Below, in pieces: positions 23,988 to 24,000 of a stretch of DNA of 24,000 nt. Each line of letters starts with the position of its first letter. Within the stretch, counting starts at the first letter, position 1. A model generated the notes under the pieces. It saw only the letters and a list, made by a program, of their open reading frames with translations. It was not told where the DNA came from and did not search any database. Both the position numbers and the translations under genes were made by a program. The stretch comes from Cellulophaga phage phi19:3, in the sequence record NC_021789.1, one strand, 5' to 3'.

Positions 23988-24000
23988 TGCATGATTACAC

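Noticed and set aside
1-24000. CRISPR array or rRNA/tRNA gene
   Set aside because: No regularly spaced direct-repeat array and no rRNA- or tRNA-like conserved blocks were seen by eye; a tRNAscan and repeat search would be needed to be certain.

Overview
This AT-rich 24 kb window looks like part of a temperate phage or phage-like element from a Bacteroidetes/Flavobacteria-type host. The assignment is inferred from protein content, TAnnTTTG-like promoters and AU-rich leaders. Left arm (minus strand): MBL-fold hydrolase, RecT-like annealase, SMC/Rad50-like ATPase with CxxC hook, small HTH protein, NUMOD4/HNH endonuclease. Middle: a plus-strand run of small unknown ORFs with hairpin-bearing spacers, ending in a tyrosine integrase; then a minus-strand cluster of small accessory genes including an XRE-type regulator and a protein-kinase-like protein. 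A ~1.2 kb structured non-coding region (about 14000-15248) separates this from a plus-strand early/middle operon: YopX-like, several tiny Zn-ribbon proteins, HExxH protein, KTSC protein, RuvC-like resolvase, a 3'-5' exonuclease split by a frameshift, and a GroES-like protein. The strongest discovery is a sequence matching the full core of a type I hammerhead ribozyme on the minus strand at 13384-13436. Its stem I overlaps the stop codon of the upstream gene, and predicted cleavage lies 34 nt before the next start codon. Other leads are an A7 slippery heptamer joining the two exonuclease halves, a three-segment attenuator-like element at 21071-21103, a leader structure with a terminator upstream of the rightward operon, alternative-pairing repeats at 15007-15083, and a near-perfect repeated translation-initiation module.
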